A stretch of DNA of 64,000 nt from an uncultured Gemmatimonadales bacterium. Its GTDB lineage: Bacteria; Gemmatimonadota; Gemmatimonadetes; Gemmatimonadales; Gemmatimonadaceae. The DNA is taken from positions 1,344,001 to 1,408,000 of the forward strand of contig CAWKMU010000003.1 of the NCBI GenBank assembly GCA_963850905.1. Direction: 5' to 3'. The translations under genes were made by a program, and so were the position numbers. The notes below the pieces were generated by a model that saw only the letters and a list, made by a program, of their open reading frames with translations, was not told the origin of the DNA and did no database searches. Below are positions 24,639-34,217 of the stretch, piece by piece; position 1 is the first letter of the stretch, and every line of letters starts with the position of its first letter.

Positions 24639-25810
24639 ACGGGGCCGGGCACACGCTTGCCGCGGTGTGCACGGTCGCGGCGGCAATCGCGCAGGGCATC
24701 GCATCGCGCGACACGACGCGCTCTTCTCCGCCGGCGCGCGTCCAGCGGACGTGGGCCGCGCCGGTGCCGGATTCCCTCGCGCGGGCGCCCGCGCCCCTCA
24801 TGACCACGCCGCCGGTTGTGCACGGCCTCTACGTCAATCGTTGGGCTGCGATCGGAACCAAGGTGTGGCAGCTCATTGATCTCGCGAAGCGGACCGGGAT
24901 CAACGCGTTCGTCATCGACGTGAAGGATGACCGCGGGTTCGTGCTGTACCGCTCGCGCGTGCCGCTCGCCCACGCCATCGGTGCCGACACCGTGCGTCCC
25001 CTCACTGGGGCGCATCTTCGCGCGCTGCTGGACACGCTGCGCCTGCACGGGATCTATCCGATCGCGCGCATCGTCGTGGCCAAAGACCCGCTGCTCGCGG
25101 AGCAACGGCCCGCATGGGCGATTCGAAGCCGGCGCGATCCGAGCGTCGCGTGGCGTGACCGCCAAGGCCGCCCATGGGTGGATGCCAACCAGCGTGGCGT
25201 CTGGCAATACGCGGTCGATCTGGCGCGCGAGGCGATTGACGCGGGTTTCAGCGAGGTGCAGCTCGACTACGTCCGATTTCCGGACGACAAGCACCTGATG
25301 CGCGAGGCCGTGTTTCCGCTCGCCAACGGTCGGACGCGGGCTGCGGTCATCCGCGAGCAGCTGGGCTTTGTGCACTCCGCGCTCGCGCCTCTTGGCGTGC
25401 CGGTGACCGCGGACGTGTTTGGACTCACGGCGTCCGATACGACCGACATGGGCATCGGGCAGCGGTGGGAAATGTTCGTGGATCAGGTGGACGTGGTCCT
25501 GCCGATGAGTTACCCCTCGCACTACGCACCCGGGACGTATCACCTAGCGAACCCGAACGCGCACCCCTACGCCGTGATCGATCATACGCTGAAGGATGCC
25601 GCGCGCCGGAGCGCCAAGGTGCCAGGGTCGGCCACACTCCGCCCCTGGTATCAGGACTTTACCCTGGGCCCCCCCCACTACACCCCGGATCTGGTGCGGG
25701 CCCAGATCCAGGCGGGCTACGACAACGGCGTGCGCAGTTGGCTGCTGTGGAATCCAGGAAGTCGATACGGGGCGGAGGAACTGGAAGAGCGCGGGCGCGA
25801 CGGGCGCTAA
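24635..25810 (+). CDS. Putative glycoside hydrolase (DUF4015-like), exported
   Basis: NAFVIDVKDDRG, ARIVVAKD, EVQLDYVRFP, ADVFG, PMSYPSHY, RPWYQDF, WLLWNP. Confidence 0.8.
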   Translation: MNGAGHTLAAVCTVAAAIAQGIASRDTTRSSPPARVQRTWAAPVPDSLARAPAPLMTTPPVVHGLYVNRWAAIGTKVWQLIDLAKRTGINAFVIDVKDDRGFVLYRSRVPLAHAIGADTVRPLTGAHLRALLDTLRLHGIYPIARIVVAKDPLLAEQRPAWAIRSRRDPSVAWRDRQGRPWVDANQRGVWQYAVDLAREAIDAGFSEVQLDYVRFPDDKHLMREAVFPLANGRTRAAVIREQLGFVHSALAPLGVPVTADVFGLTASDTTDMGIGQRWEMFVDQVDVVLPMSYPSHYAPGTYHLANPNAHPYAVIDHTLKDAARRSAKVPGSATLRPWYQDFTLGPPHYTPDLVRAQIQAGYDNGVRSWLLWNPGSRYGAEELEERGRDGR

Positions 25811-25850
25811 AGCGCCCGCCGCATATCGCCCCGACGGCGGCAATTTGCGA

Positions 25851-25979
25851 TGTCCATCACATTCGTGCTGGACAAAACCATCACAAAATGATAGTCGCGC
25901 CGACCCACGTAACTGCTTTCTCGTGGGCGGGTTAAATGCGGTGCGACATTCGGGGCACCCGAGCGGCCATCGGCTTGCA
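25851..25979 (+). promoter_or_regulatory. Candidate sigma54 promoter with upstream palindromic activator site
   Basis: GG-CCATCGGC-TTGCA at 25965-25979 and TGTCCA-N12-TGGACA inverted repeat at 25851-25874, in a relatively AT-rich gap. Confidence 0.5.
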
Positions 25980-26041
25980 CTAAGGCTGGGGGCTCGCCCG
26001 GCGCTCGTAGGCCGGTCCTCCCTGACGACTCGGAGCATGTT

Positions 26042-27277
26042 ATGACCGATAAGCGATCGGAAGGACACACCGATAAGCGATCGGAAGGACACCTCGACGA
26101 CAGCGGCGCACCGCTAGTCCTCTGGCCCGCCCGCACCACCCCAGCGACGCCACTGTTCGGAGTTCGCGTTCGACCCGTACCTCACGCCGATCTCCACCTC
26201 TTGAAGGGAGAGGAGGTCGCGGCGGAGGCTCGCGTGACGACCCCAGAACCCGTGCTCCGACCTCGGGTTTGGGACTTTCGACCCGGACTCGATTTTGTCC
26301 TGGGCGAGACGCTGCGTCGTGACCCGCTCGGGGTGACGTACCGCGCGCGCGACGTGAGTGGCGGGCGGGATGTTGCGGTCATGTTGTGCCATGCGGCAGC
26401 AACGCCAAGTGCGACGGCGGTCGACCGCTTCCAGGATGCGATGCTCATGGCAACCGTCGAGCATCCCGCGATCCTTCCGACGCATCGTGTGGGGCGCTGG
26501 CGGTCCCAGGTCGCAGTGGAACGGCGGCTCGTCTACGCTCCGACACTTGGCGAGGCGCTGCCGCGGGGCGTGCGCTGCGACCTCGCGCGCGCCCTCGAGG
26601 TGCTGCGGCCGATCGCCGCCGCGCTGGACGTGGCGCACGGCACGGGGGTCGTCCACGGCGACCTGCGGCCGGAGGCCATTCTGGTGACGAAGACCTCGGG
26701 GCCGCTGTTGGTGGGCTGTGGGGTCGCTGAAGGCCTCGACTTGAGCGGCGTGCTCGTCGCCACGTTGGAGCGACGCACGGAGTGGGCGTGGGGATGGCTC
26801 GAGGCCGCAGCGCCCTATCTTGCGCCGGAGCGGTGGCACGGCGGGACTCTGGACAGCCGCAGCGACCAATATGCGCTCGCGGTCATCGCATTCCGGATCC
26901 TCACTGGTGATCTGCCATTCGCGGCGGAGCACGTCGCGCGGCTGGCGGAAATGCATCGGTTCGCCGTAATCCCGCGTGCGTCGGGGTTCCGCCCCGAGCT
27001 GCCGCCCAGCGTAGACGTAGCGATTACCCGCGCGCTGGCCAAGGTCGCCGCCGAACGGTTTACGACGATGACCGCCTTCGTCGATACGCTCGCGGGGCAT
27101 CCGGTGCGTGGGCGGGTACTCACCGATCCGGGCCGAACGCGCGTTTTCCCCGAGCGGGTACTGCCAACGCCTGGTTCGGGGGAGCAGAGTCGATCAGGCC
27201 GACCCGTCCTGCTCGTCATGGCCATCGCGTGCGTCGTCGCGCTCGGTGCCGTGATTACGCTGATGCTTCGGCGGTGA
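26042..27277 (+). CDS. Degenerate Ser/Thr kinase (pseudokinase) with C-terminal TM helix
   Basis: HGDLRPE, YLAPE, SDQYAL retained; VAIK becomes VAVM, DFG becomes GCG, Gly-rich loop lost. Confidence 0.8.
   Translation: MTDKRSEGHTDKRSEGHLDDSGAPLVLWPARTTPATPLFGVRVRPVPHADLHLLKGEEVAAEARVTTPEPVLRPRVWDFRPGLDFVLGETLRRDPLGVTYRARDVSGGRDVAVMLCHAAATPSATAVDRFQDAMLMATVEHPAILPTHRVGRWRSQVAVERRLVYAPTLGEALPRGVRCDLARALEVLRPIAAALDVAHGTGVVHGDLRPEAILVTKTSGPLLVGCGVAEGLDLSGVLVATLERRTEWAWGWLEAAAPYLAPERWHGGTLDSRSDQYALAVIAFRILTGDLPFAAEHVARLAEMHRFAVIPRASGFRPELPPSVDVAITRALAKVAAERFTTMTAFVDTLAGHPVRGRVLTDPGRTRVFPERVLPTPGSGEQSRSGRPVLLVMAIACVVALGAVITLMLRR
26046..26093 (+). repeat. Perfect 24-bp tandem duplication at the pseudokinase 5' end
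   Basis: ACCGATAAGCGATCGGAAGGACAC twice, encoding TDKRSEGH twice. Confidence 0.85.
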
Positions 27278-28112
27278 GCAGTGCGCCGAGTGCCGCGGCC
27301 ACTTGTTCGGGTGATTCTTCAGGAGAAAAGTGACCGCCGGCGACCTCGAGAAAACTCGACCCCGCCAGGCGTGCGCAGAGTTGCTGGCCCGCTGACGGGG
27401 GCACGAGCACATCGCCGTGTCCGCACACAATGGCGACCGGGCGACTCGACGCCGAGACGAGCCGTGACAACTCCGCGGCCTCCGCTTGCGTCCGCTCGCC
27501 GGCCGTCAGCGCACGCAGATGGGCCAGCATGGCGGCTGCTCCCTTGGAGCCGCGAAACGGCCGGAGGTACCGATCGACGGCGGGCCCGTGGGCGGCGGCG
27601 TCCGCGTAGAGACGCACCACGCGCCGGCGGAGCGTCGCGAGGAGCATGCGGGAGGGAAGCGCACGCAGCATCGGGATGACCGTCCGCAGGACTGATGAGT
27701 GCGCGCCACCGCCCGACAGGTCCGTGACCGGGTTCACCAAAGCGAGACGACCAATCCGGTCTGAGTCCGTCGCGCACATCTCGAGTGCGATGCTGGCTCC
27801 GATGCCATGACCGGCGGCGGTGACCCGCTGGATACCTAGCACGTCGAGCAGACGTATCAAACGCCGCGCGTGGCCAGCGACGGACAGATCGCTGCCTGGT
27901 CTGCCCGATTGCGGGGGATCGCTACGGCCAAAGCCGAGCAAATCCGGTACGACGACGCGGTAACCCGGGGGAACCAATGGCACGGTACGCGACCAGAGGA
28001 ACGACGAGGTCGGGAATCCGTGCACGAGCAGCAGCGGCTCACCCGCTCCTCGGGTGCCGCCAGCGTAGTAGTACAGCCGTGCTCCGCCAACATCGATGAA
28101 TTCGCCCCGCAC
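27255..28112 (-). CDS. Alpha/beta hydrolase fold protein (nucleophile position is Gly)
   Basis: LLVHGFPTSS, PDLLGFGRSD, GHGIGA, GGHFSPEE.P. Confidence 0.85.
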   Translation of the reverse strand: MRGEFIDVGGARLYYYAGGTRGAGEPLLLVHGFPTSSFLWSRTVPLVPPGYRVVVPDLLGFGRSDPPQSGRPGSDLSVAGHARRLIRLLDVLGIQRVTAAGHGIGASIALEMCATDSDRIGRLALVNPVTDLSGGGAHSSVLRTVIPMLRALPSRMLLATLRRRVVRLYADAAAHGPAVDRYLRPFRGSKGAAAMLAHLRALTAGERTQAEAAELSRLVSASSRPVAIVCGHGDVLVPPSAGQQLCARLAGSSFLEVAGGHFSPEESPEQVAAALGALLTAEASA

Positions 28113-28147
28113 GACCGTTCTGACCTCTAGCGAGCGGCTGCAAGAAT

Positions 28148-29368
28148 ATGCTAAAGTTACGCGTGACCGTGCCTCCCCCTAGCTCATCCTCTTCCGCGTC
28201 ACAGCCTCCAGCCGGTCCGACCCCTCCACCTGCAGCAGTCGCGGCACAGCCCACGCCTGTGCCGCCCGGTCCCGCGCCGCTACCGCCCCCACCGGCGGGC
28301 CCAGTCCAATTTGGACTAGACTGGCTGCTGATCCATGGATCGCCCCCGGTGCAATACCGGGCGATGGTCGACGTCGCCCGCCTGGCTCCTCCTCGCGCCG
28401 GGGATCTGCCCTACGCGTGGGCGCCGGCGCTCAGGCTCGCGATGACACAGCAGGCGGATGGCCGGTGGGGGAAAACGATGCTCGGCGTCCCGTCGGTGCG
28501 CGCCGAGCACTACGAAGGTGTCGGGACGATATCGGCCGTGCGGCGGCTGTTGGAATACGGCTGGGATCGTGAGTCGCCGCCGCTCGTCCGCGTGCGCCGT
28601 CTGCTCTTCCGCATGCTCGCCGAAGACGATGATCCCGCGTACCTGTTCGAGTTTGCGGTCAAAAGCAAAGCGGAGGAGGAGGCCGCCCGGCGAGGACGCG
28701 CGATCCTCCGCGAGGCGGCCGCGAGCGCCCTCGCGCAGGCAGGCTATGAGGGAGATCCTCGGTTGCGGGGTGCCGCCCGGCGTATCCTCGACCGGATCAA
28801 CGCCTACCTGAAGTCGCCGATGGCGCAGAAGCCGTGGGTGCGCGTCGGCAATCGGCAGGTGCTCGCGCACGAAGCCAGTCCGCCATCGATCTTCGCGCTG
28901 ACAATGCTCGCCTACATGCCGTTCTTCCGCAGCGAGCATCACGAGCACGTGGAGCGGCTGTACACGTTTCTGACGCAGCCGTTGCCGCGCCAAGAGTCTG
29001 CGCAGCTCATTGGGGGCGCGATCGTGGCACAACCTCAGCTCGTGCTGGGAGACCTGCTCCCGCATCGAAATGCGGTCGATGCTGATGTCCCGGCGGCACT
29101 GATGTGGCTCGAGCTCATGGCGCGGCTTGGCTTTCTGCGCCGCAACGAGAACTGGTCGAAGCTCCTCGACCGATTTGTCGACGATTGCGACCGCAGTGGC
29201 GTCTGGCACCCGCACAAGGGCATGGCGATGCCACGGACGGCGAGCCCCTACGTCTGGCCGATGTTTCCCCTCGAGGAGCCGGGTGCCGGCGAGGAACGCT
29301 GGGCCGATGTGACTCTGCGGATCGGCGTCATCGCTCGCGCCGCGGGTCGGACGATCGAGCTGGCATAG
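28148..29368 (+). CDS. Hypothetical protein (all-alpha; weak prenyltransferase-barrel-like QQADGRW motif)
   Basis: Long ORF with natural composition and a Pro-rich N-terminus. The start may be the GTG at 28163. Confidence 0.7.
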   Translation: MLKLRVTVPPPSSSSSASQPPAGPTPPPAAVAAQPTPVPPGPAPLPPPPAGPVQFGLDWLLIHGSPPVQYRAMVDVARLAPPRAGDLPYAWAPALRLAMTQQADGRWGKTMLGVPSVRAEHYEGVGTISAVRRLLEYGWDRESPPLVRVRRLLFRMLAEDDDPAYLFEFAVKSKAEEEAARRGRAILREAAASALAQAGYEGDPRLRGAARRILDRINAYLKSPMAQKPWVRVGNRQVLAHEASPPSIFALTMLAYMPFFRSEHHEHVERLYTFLTQPLPRQESAQLIGGAIVAQPQLVLGDLLPHRNAVDADVPAALMWLELMARLGFLRRNENWSKLLDRFVDDCDRSGVWHPHKGMAMPRTASPYVWPMFPLEEPGAGEERWADVTLRIGVIARAAGRTIELA

Positions 29369-29446
29369 GGGCGCGGGAGTCAGCGGACGGGGGCGCGGGG
29401 ACCAACACGACGAACAACACCGGATTAATGACGCCGACGCCACAGT

Positions 29447-29585
29447 GGGCGGCCTGAAGGCCGCCCCTACATGGCGGCGGGCCGGTGAGAGATCCGGGCG
29501 CCCATCGGGCGCACGCCAGCGATGTCGACGAATTCCGATCTGGCGCCGCCCGCAGCAACATGTAGGGGCGGGCTTCAGCCCGCCC
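29447..29585 (-). repeat. REP doublet (REPIN-like), type B copy 1
   Basis: GGGCGGCCTGAAGGCCGCCCCTAC, 91-nt spacer, GTAGGGGCGGGCTTCAGCCCGCCC; reverse orientation relative to the copies at 44019 and 62415. Confidence 0.9.
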
Positions 29586-29787
29586 GGGCTAACCCGGTCG
29601 CCGTTGCTGGACCCTGACCCCTACAACCCGACCCCTGCTGTTCCGCCCTTTGGATCGTCATAAAAGGGAGCTACGTTACACAGACGGGACTGCAGCGGCC
29701 GCCAAGCGGGCGATCCGCCCCCGTGGAGCCGATTCCTACCCGCGTGAGGACATTGGCTCGAGCAAGGTGCCAAATTCTCACAGTGTC

Positions 29788-30951
29788 ATGGAATCGACAA
29801 TAGAAGACGGAACGATCTCGTTCGCCGAGCTGGGCCTCATGCCCGAGCTCCTCGCAGCGGTGCGCGACGCCGGTTACGCACACCCCACGCCGATCCAGCG
29901 GGACGCGATCCCGCTCGCCCTCAAAGGACGCGACCTGATCGGGCTCGCACAGACCGGTACCGGCAAGACCGCCGCGTTCACCTTACCCATTCTGCAGCGC
30001 TTGGTCGGCGGACCGCGGCGCACGCGCGTGCTCGTGCTGACGCCGACGCGTGAGCTCGCGGCCCAGGTCGAAGAGAGCTTCCTGAAATACGGTCGGCACA
30101 CACAGATCGCGATCACAGCCGTATACGGCGGTGTGCCGATCGATCCGCAAGAGCGCGCCCTCAGGCGCGGCGTGGATGTGATCGTGGCGACGCCGGGGCG
30201 CTTACTCGACCATCTGGAACGACAGAACGTCGCGCTCGACGATCTCGAGGTGCTCGTCCTGGACGAGGCGGATCGTATGCTCGACATGGGGTTTGCGCCG
30301 CAAATCAATCGGGTCGTGGCGCAAGTGTCGCCGTACCGGCAGACGCTGCTCTTCAGCGCGACGATGCCTGCCGAGGTCGAGGCCCTGGCGCGCAAATACC
30401 TGCGGAAGCCGCTCGTCGTGCAGGTCGGCCGACGCTCAGAGGCAGCAGATACCGTTGCGCACGCGGTGTATCCTGTGCCCCGCGATCGCAAGAGCGCCTT
30501 GCTTGTGGAGTTGCTGCGGAAGGACGGGATGGACTCTGTGTTGATTTTCACACGCACCAAGCATGGCGCTGATCGAGTGGTCCGGCACCTGGAGCGTGCG
30601 GGGATTGCCGCGACGGCGCTGCATGCGGACAAGACGCAGTCGCAGCGGACGCGGGCGCTGGATGAGTTCCGCAACGGCGGGATTCGCGTACTCGTTGCAA
30701 CGGACATCGCCCAACGTGGGCTCGACGTCTCGGGAATCACGCATGTGATCAACTACGATGTGCCGCAGCAGGCCGAGGACTACGTGCACCGCATCGGCCG
30801 AACGGGGCGCGCGGCACAGACGGGCGACGCGTTCACGTTCATGTCCACGGACGAGATCGCAATGGTGCGCACGATCGAGCGGATGCTCGGCCAACCCATT
30901 CCACGTATTTCGGTGCCCGGGTACGACTTCGGTACCGTTGCGGCCGACTGA
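29788..30951 (+). CDS. DEAD-box RNA helicase (RhlE-like)
   Basis: Q-motif PTPIQ, AQTGTGKT, PTRELA, TPGRL, DEAD, SAT, HRIGRTGR. Confidence 0.95.
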   Translation: MESTIEDGTISFAELGLMPELLAAVRDAGYAHPTPIQRDAIPLALKGRDLIGLAQTGTGKTAAFTLPILQRLVGGPRRTRVLVLTPTRELAAQVEESFLKYGRHTQIAITAVYGGVPIDPQERALRRGVDVIVATPGRLLDHLERQNVALDDLEVLVLDEADRMLDMGFAPQINRVVAQVSPYRQTLLFSATMPAEVEALARKYLRKPLVVQVGRRSEAADTVAHAVYPVPRDRKSALLVELLRKDGMDSVLIFTRTKHGADRVVRHLERAGIAATALHADKTQSQRTRALDEFRNGGIRVLVATDIAQRGLDVSGITHVINYDVPQQAEDYVHRIGRTGRAAQTGDAFTFMSTDEIAMVRTIERMLGQPIPRISVPGYDFGTVAAD

Positions 30952-30976
30952 CAACTCGAACGAGCAGGAGCTTCTG

Positions 30977-31195
30977 GTGACGATCACGATCGAATACTGC
31001 GTCGTCTGAAACTACACGCCCCGGGCTACCAGTTTGGCGGCCGAGATCCGCGCGCAATTTCCCGACGCGGAGGTGAAGTTGATCCCGTCGAAAGGCGGAC
31101 GGTTTGAAGTGCTGCGCGACGGGGTGCCGGTGTTCGAGAAATCGAAGCTTGGGCGGCACGCGCAGCCGGGGGAGATCGTGAAGCTCCTGGGCTAA
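30977..31195 (+). CDS. SelW/SelT/SelH (Rdx family) selenoprotein, 72 aa, UGA-Sec at 31007-31009
   Basis: RBS AGGAG then GTG. Reads MTITIEYCVV-U-NYTPRATSLAAEIRAQFPDAEVKLIPSKGGRFEVLRDGVPVFEKSKLGRHAQPGEIVKLLG: CxxU motif plus Rdx GG.FEV motif in one frame across the TGA. Confidence 0.9.
31024..31042 (+). promoter_or_regulatory. Candidate bacterial SECIS element
   Basis: GGCU-A-CCA-GUU-UGG-C-GGCC hairpin; the apical loop begins with G, 23 nt downstream of the UGA. Confidence 0.65.
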
Positions 31196-31374
31196 CGGTC
31201 CCGGCCCAAGATGCCGACGATGCACTCTAACTACTGTTGCCACTTACATTTGGGCAGTCATATCGCCTCCGTCGGCCACGGCTGAGTGTGGCATTTGGCC
31301 CGTCTCGGGGCTACCGTATGCCCCTCCAAAGGGGTCGAGTGGACCGCACCCCCCGTTTTGGGGTATCGAGACCG

Positions 31375-32017
31375 ATGCACCCGCGCAGGAGCGCACGAGC
31401 TGTCCGGCCTGCACAGGCACCCTGTCATGCCGGTACCCGCCTCATTGTTGTGGTGGCGGTCGGCTGCGCGTTGCTGGGAAGTGGCGCCCCGCTCTCGGGG
31501 CAAGCGACCGCCGTGCGGGTCACACCTGATGGCGCCAATGGGCAGCCCAGCGTCCAACGCTCCTCGAGCGGGCGGGGCTACGGGCCGCCGGGGTCGCTTG
31601 GTCGCGACGCGTCCAGCGCAGCCATCCCCGCCCAAGTATGCGCCACCTGGCGGCATGTGTCGGGTCTGGGTACAAGGAGTGCCTCCAGCGCAGCAGCCGG
31701 CGCCGACACAATGCGCCAAGGCGGTGCGCGTGCACTCGCCGAACTCGCAAGTCGTGTTTGGCCCCTCGCGTTCCGGCACGGTGGTGCCCGCGCCACAACC
31801 GCATCCTGGCGTCGTGGGTGTGGGTGGTGAGCATGTCGGCGCCGAGAGCGCACCACTGCCACATCCTGACCCAATCGGGGAGTCAGGCCCGGCGAAGACG
31901 ACAAGTCCGGAAGCGCCGGCGAAGGATCCCGTCAATACGACTCCGCACGGATCGACCACGCATCACAACCCGCCTCCGCCACATATCCCGCACATCGCCG
32001 CACGACCGCACCGCTGA
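31375..32017 (+). CDS. Secreted Pro-rich hypothetical protein, probable frameshift near 31610
   Basis: A hydrophobic signal-like segment in one frame and PPGGMCRVWVQGVPPAQQPAPTQC...VVFG in the next. Confidence 0.55.
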
Positions 32018-32026
32018 GCACCGTAC

Positions 32027-34150
32027 GTGATCCGTCGTGATGTCGTCGACCGGTATCTCCCGCCGGATCATGACGCGTTCATTGCTGCAGAGCCGCCGAC
32101 CGGTCGGTTGATCGTCATCGCGCCGACTCGTGCGGCGTGCGAGACTATCGAGCTCGCGATGGGACTCCATCTGGACACGTTTCTGGAACGCGCGCACGGT
32201 GCGCAACTGCGCGAGCTCGCATCCGCCGGTCGTGGCTTCGGCATTGTCGCCGGGACCGGCACGGGAAAGACGTTGGCGATCCGGCCGATGGCCGAAGTCA
32301 TCCTGCGAGGCGTACCGCTCCGCGTAGGTGTCGTCAATCGTGAGCGGGAAGCCACTCCCGAGACTCCGACGTGGAACGTCATCATCGTCACCACTGGCAT
32401 CGCGCGGCGCTGGTTCCAGGACGGTGACATTCTGCCGAGCGACACCCTCGTCGTCGACGAGATCCATCAAACATCGGCGGAGTTGGAGTTGTGTCTCGCC
32501 CTTGGCAAACGGACGGGCTGTCGGTTCATCTGGCTGTCCGCCACGGTGGACCCACGTTTCTACGCGCGATACTTGAACTCCGCCGCTGTCATCGAGAGCT
32601 CGGTATTCGATCCTGCGAAAGCGGCCACAGTCCAGGTCGTGCGCAAAGATCCGCTGGAATTCCTCGACGATCGGTTTCTGCGCGACGTCGTGCGCGGCGG
32701 GCACGGAGTCGGCGTGTTCCTGCCGACACGAGCTGCAGTCGAGGAGGCCGCTCGGACGGTCGCCACCCGCTTCCCGAGCATCACAGCGGCGTTCTACCAC
32801 GGCGGCGAGCCCATTCGTGTGATTCGCCCATTCCTCGAGGGAACGGCAGCGGGGCCGTATCTCCTCGCGATGACCGCAGCGGGCCAGAGCGCTCTCAACG
32901 TGCATGGCCTCGATACGGTGGTGATCGACGACACACGATTCGCCAACATCATCGAGCAGGGGCGCAACGTGCTGACCCGAGTGCATCTCGGATCCAACGA
33001 GATACTGCAAATGGCGGGTCGGGTCCACGGTCGTGTGTCTGGTGGACGGGTCTTTGTTCTCTCGGACCGCGACATCGATTTCGCCTCGCTTCGTCCGCAA
33101 GAGCCCGAGTTCCAGCTGGCCGGCGACTCCGAGCGCGTCGCGCTGAGTTGCGCGAGTCTCGGGGTGCGGGCGGACGATCTCGATCTGCCCGTGCCTCTGG
33201 ACCGAGCGGCCTATCGCCGTGCGGTGGCGATGTTGGAGGGGCGCGGCATCATCGAGCCAGAGACGGGTCGCTTAACGGCCTATGGCCGGGTGGTCGAGGC
33301 ACTGCCCGTCGATCGGCCGTGGGGCGAGCTCATTGTCAATGCGGATGAATCGCTGCTACCCTATGTCGCGGTCATGAGCGCCATCGAGTCGCTCCATCGC
33401 ATGACGCGCGAGGAGCGAGACCTGGGCGGCCTGATCGTGCGGGGCAGCGATCACCTGACTGCCTTCAACGTGTATGCTGAGGCGTTTGCGCGCTGCGGAT
33501 ACGTCGGCGAGGTGTATGGTCTCGCGCGGCACCTGTTCGACGAACGCGTCGAGACGTGGGCAGAGCACCGCGGCGTACTGGTCAAAGCCCTCGAGGACGC
33601 CGCTCTTGCGACGGCCAGCGTATATCGAAGCGTGGGTGTGCCGTTGCCGGCGACGCTGCCCCAGGCGCATGACCGCGTGCGGCGAGCGTTCGTAGAGTTG
33701 CTCGCCGAAACGATGCCGCTCGATCTGGTCATTGACGAAGAGACGGTTGACGGGGAGCCCGCGCGGGTGTCGCGCTCCAGCGTGTGCGGCAGCTGGGGAG
33801 CAGTTGCTGGAACGCTGCGGTACTTCGCGGATCGGTGGGGCGTGCCGCGGGCTGCTATCGAGGGCACGCAGATCCCGATGGACGTCATTCACAAGTACGC
33901 GACGCGTACTGGGGGGACGCTCGTCTACGATCCGGTTCGGCGCGGACACCCCTACGCGATGGAATATCGCGTCGTCTACCGCGGCTTCGAGCTCGAGCGC
34001 GAGCGCGAGGCGACTGAGGAGACACCATCGCCGGCGGTCGCCGCTCAACTCAGGCGCGAGTATCAGGCTGCGAGCCGGCAAGCCCGCGAGCGGAACCGGT
34101 CCAGCCGACGCGGACGCGCCTTCCAAGGGAAGCGGCGCCGGAAGCGATAG
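32027..34150 (+). CDS. DExH-box (HrpA/HrpB-like) SF2 helicase
   Basis: GTGTGKT, VVDEIH, LSAT, FLPTR, QMAGRVHGR, LTAYGR. Confidence 0.85.
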   Translation: MIRRDVVDRYLPPDHDAFIAAEPPTGRLIVIAPTRAACETIELAMGLHLDTFLERAHGAQLRELASAGRGFGIVAGTGTGKTLAIRPMAEVILRGVPLRVGVVNREREATPETPTWNVIIVTTGIARRWFQDGDILPSDTLVVDEIHQTSAELELCLALGKRTGCRFIWLSATVDPRFYARYLNSAAVIESSVFDPAKAATVQVVRKDPLEFLDDRFLRDVVRGGHGVGVFLPTRAAVEEAARTVATRFPSITAAFYHGGEPIRVIRPFLEGTAAGPYLLAMTAAGQSALNVHGLDTVVIDDTRFANIIEQGRNVLTRVHLGSNEILQMAGRVHGRVSGGRVFVLSDRDIDFASLRPQEPEFQLAGDSERVALSCASLGVRADDLDLPVPLDRAAYRRAVAMLEGRGIIEPETGRLTAYGRVVEALPVDRPWGELIVNADESLLPYVAVMSAIESLHRMTREERDLGGLIVRGSDHLTAFNVYAEAFARCGYVGEVYGLARHLFDERVETWAEHRGVLVKALEDAALATASVYRSVGVPLPATLPQAHDRVRRAFVELLAETMPLDLVIDEETVDGEPARVSRSSVCGSWGAVAGTLRYFADRWGVPRAAIEGTQIPMDVIHKYATRTGGTLVYDPVRRGHPYAMEYRVVYRGFELEREREATEETPSPAVAAQLRREYQAASRQARERNRSSRRGRAFQGKRRRKR

Positions 34151-34217
34151 GGACCCACCTCGCATTCGGCCGGTGGCGCCAATCATGCAGGGGCGAGCAC
34201 TGGGGTCGAGGTTGGCG

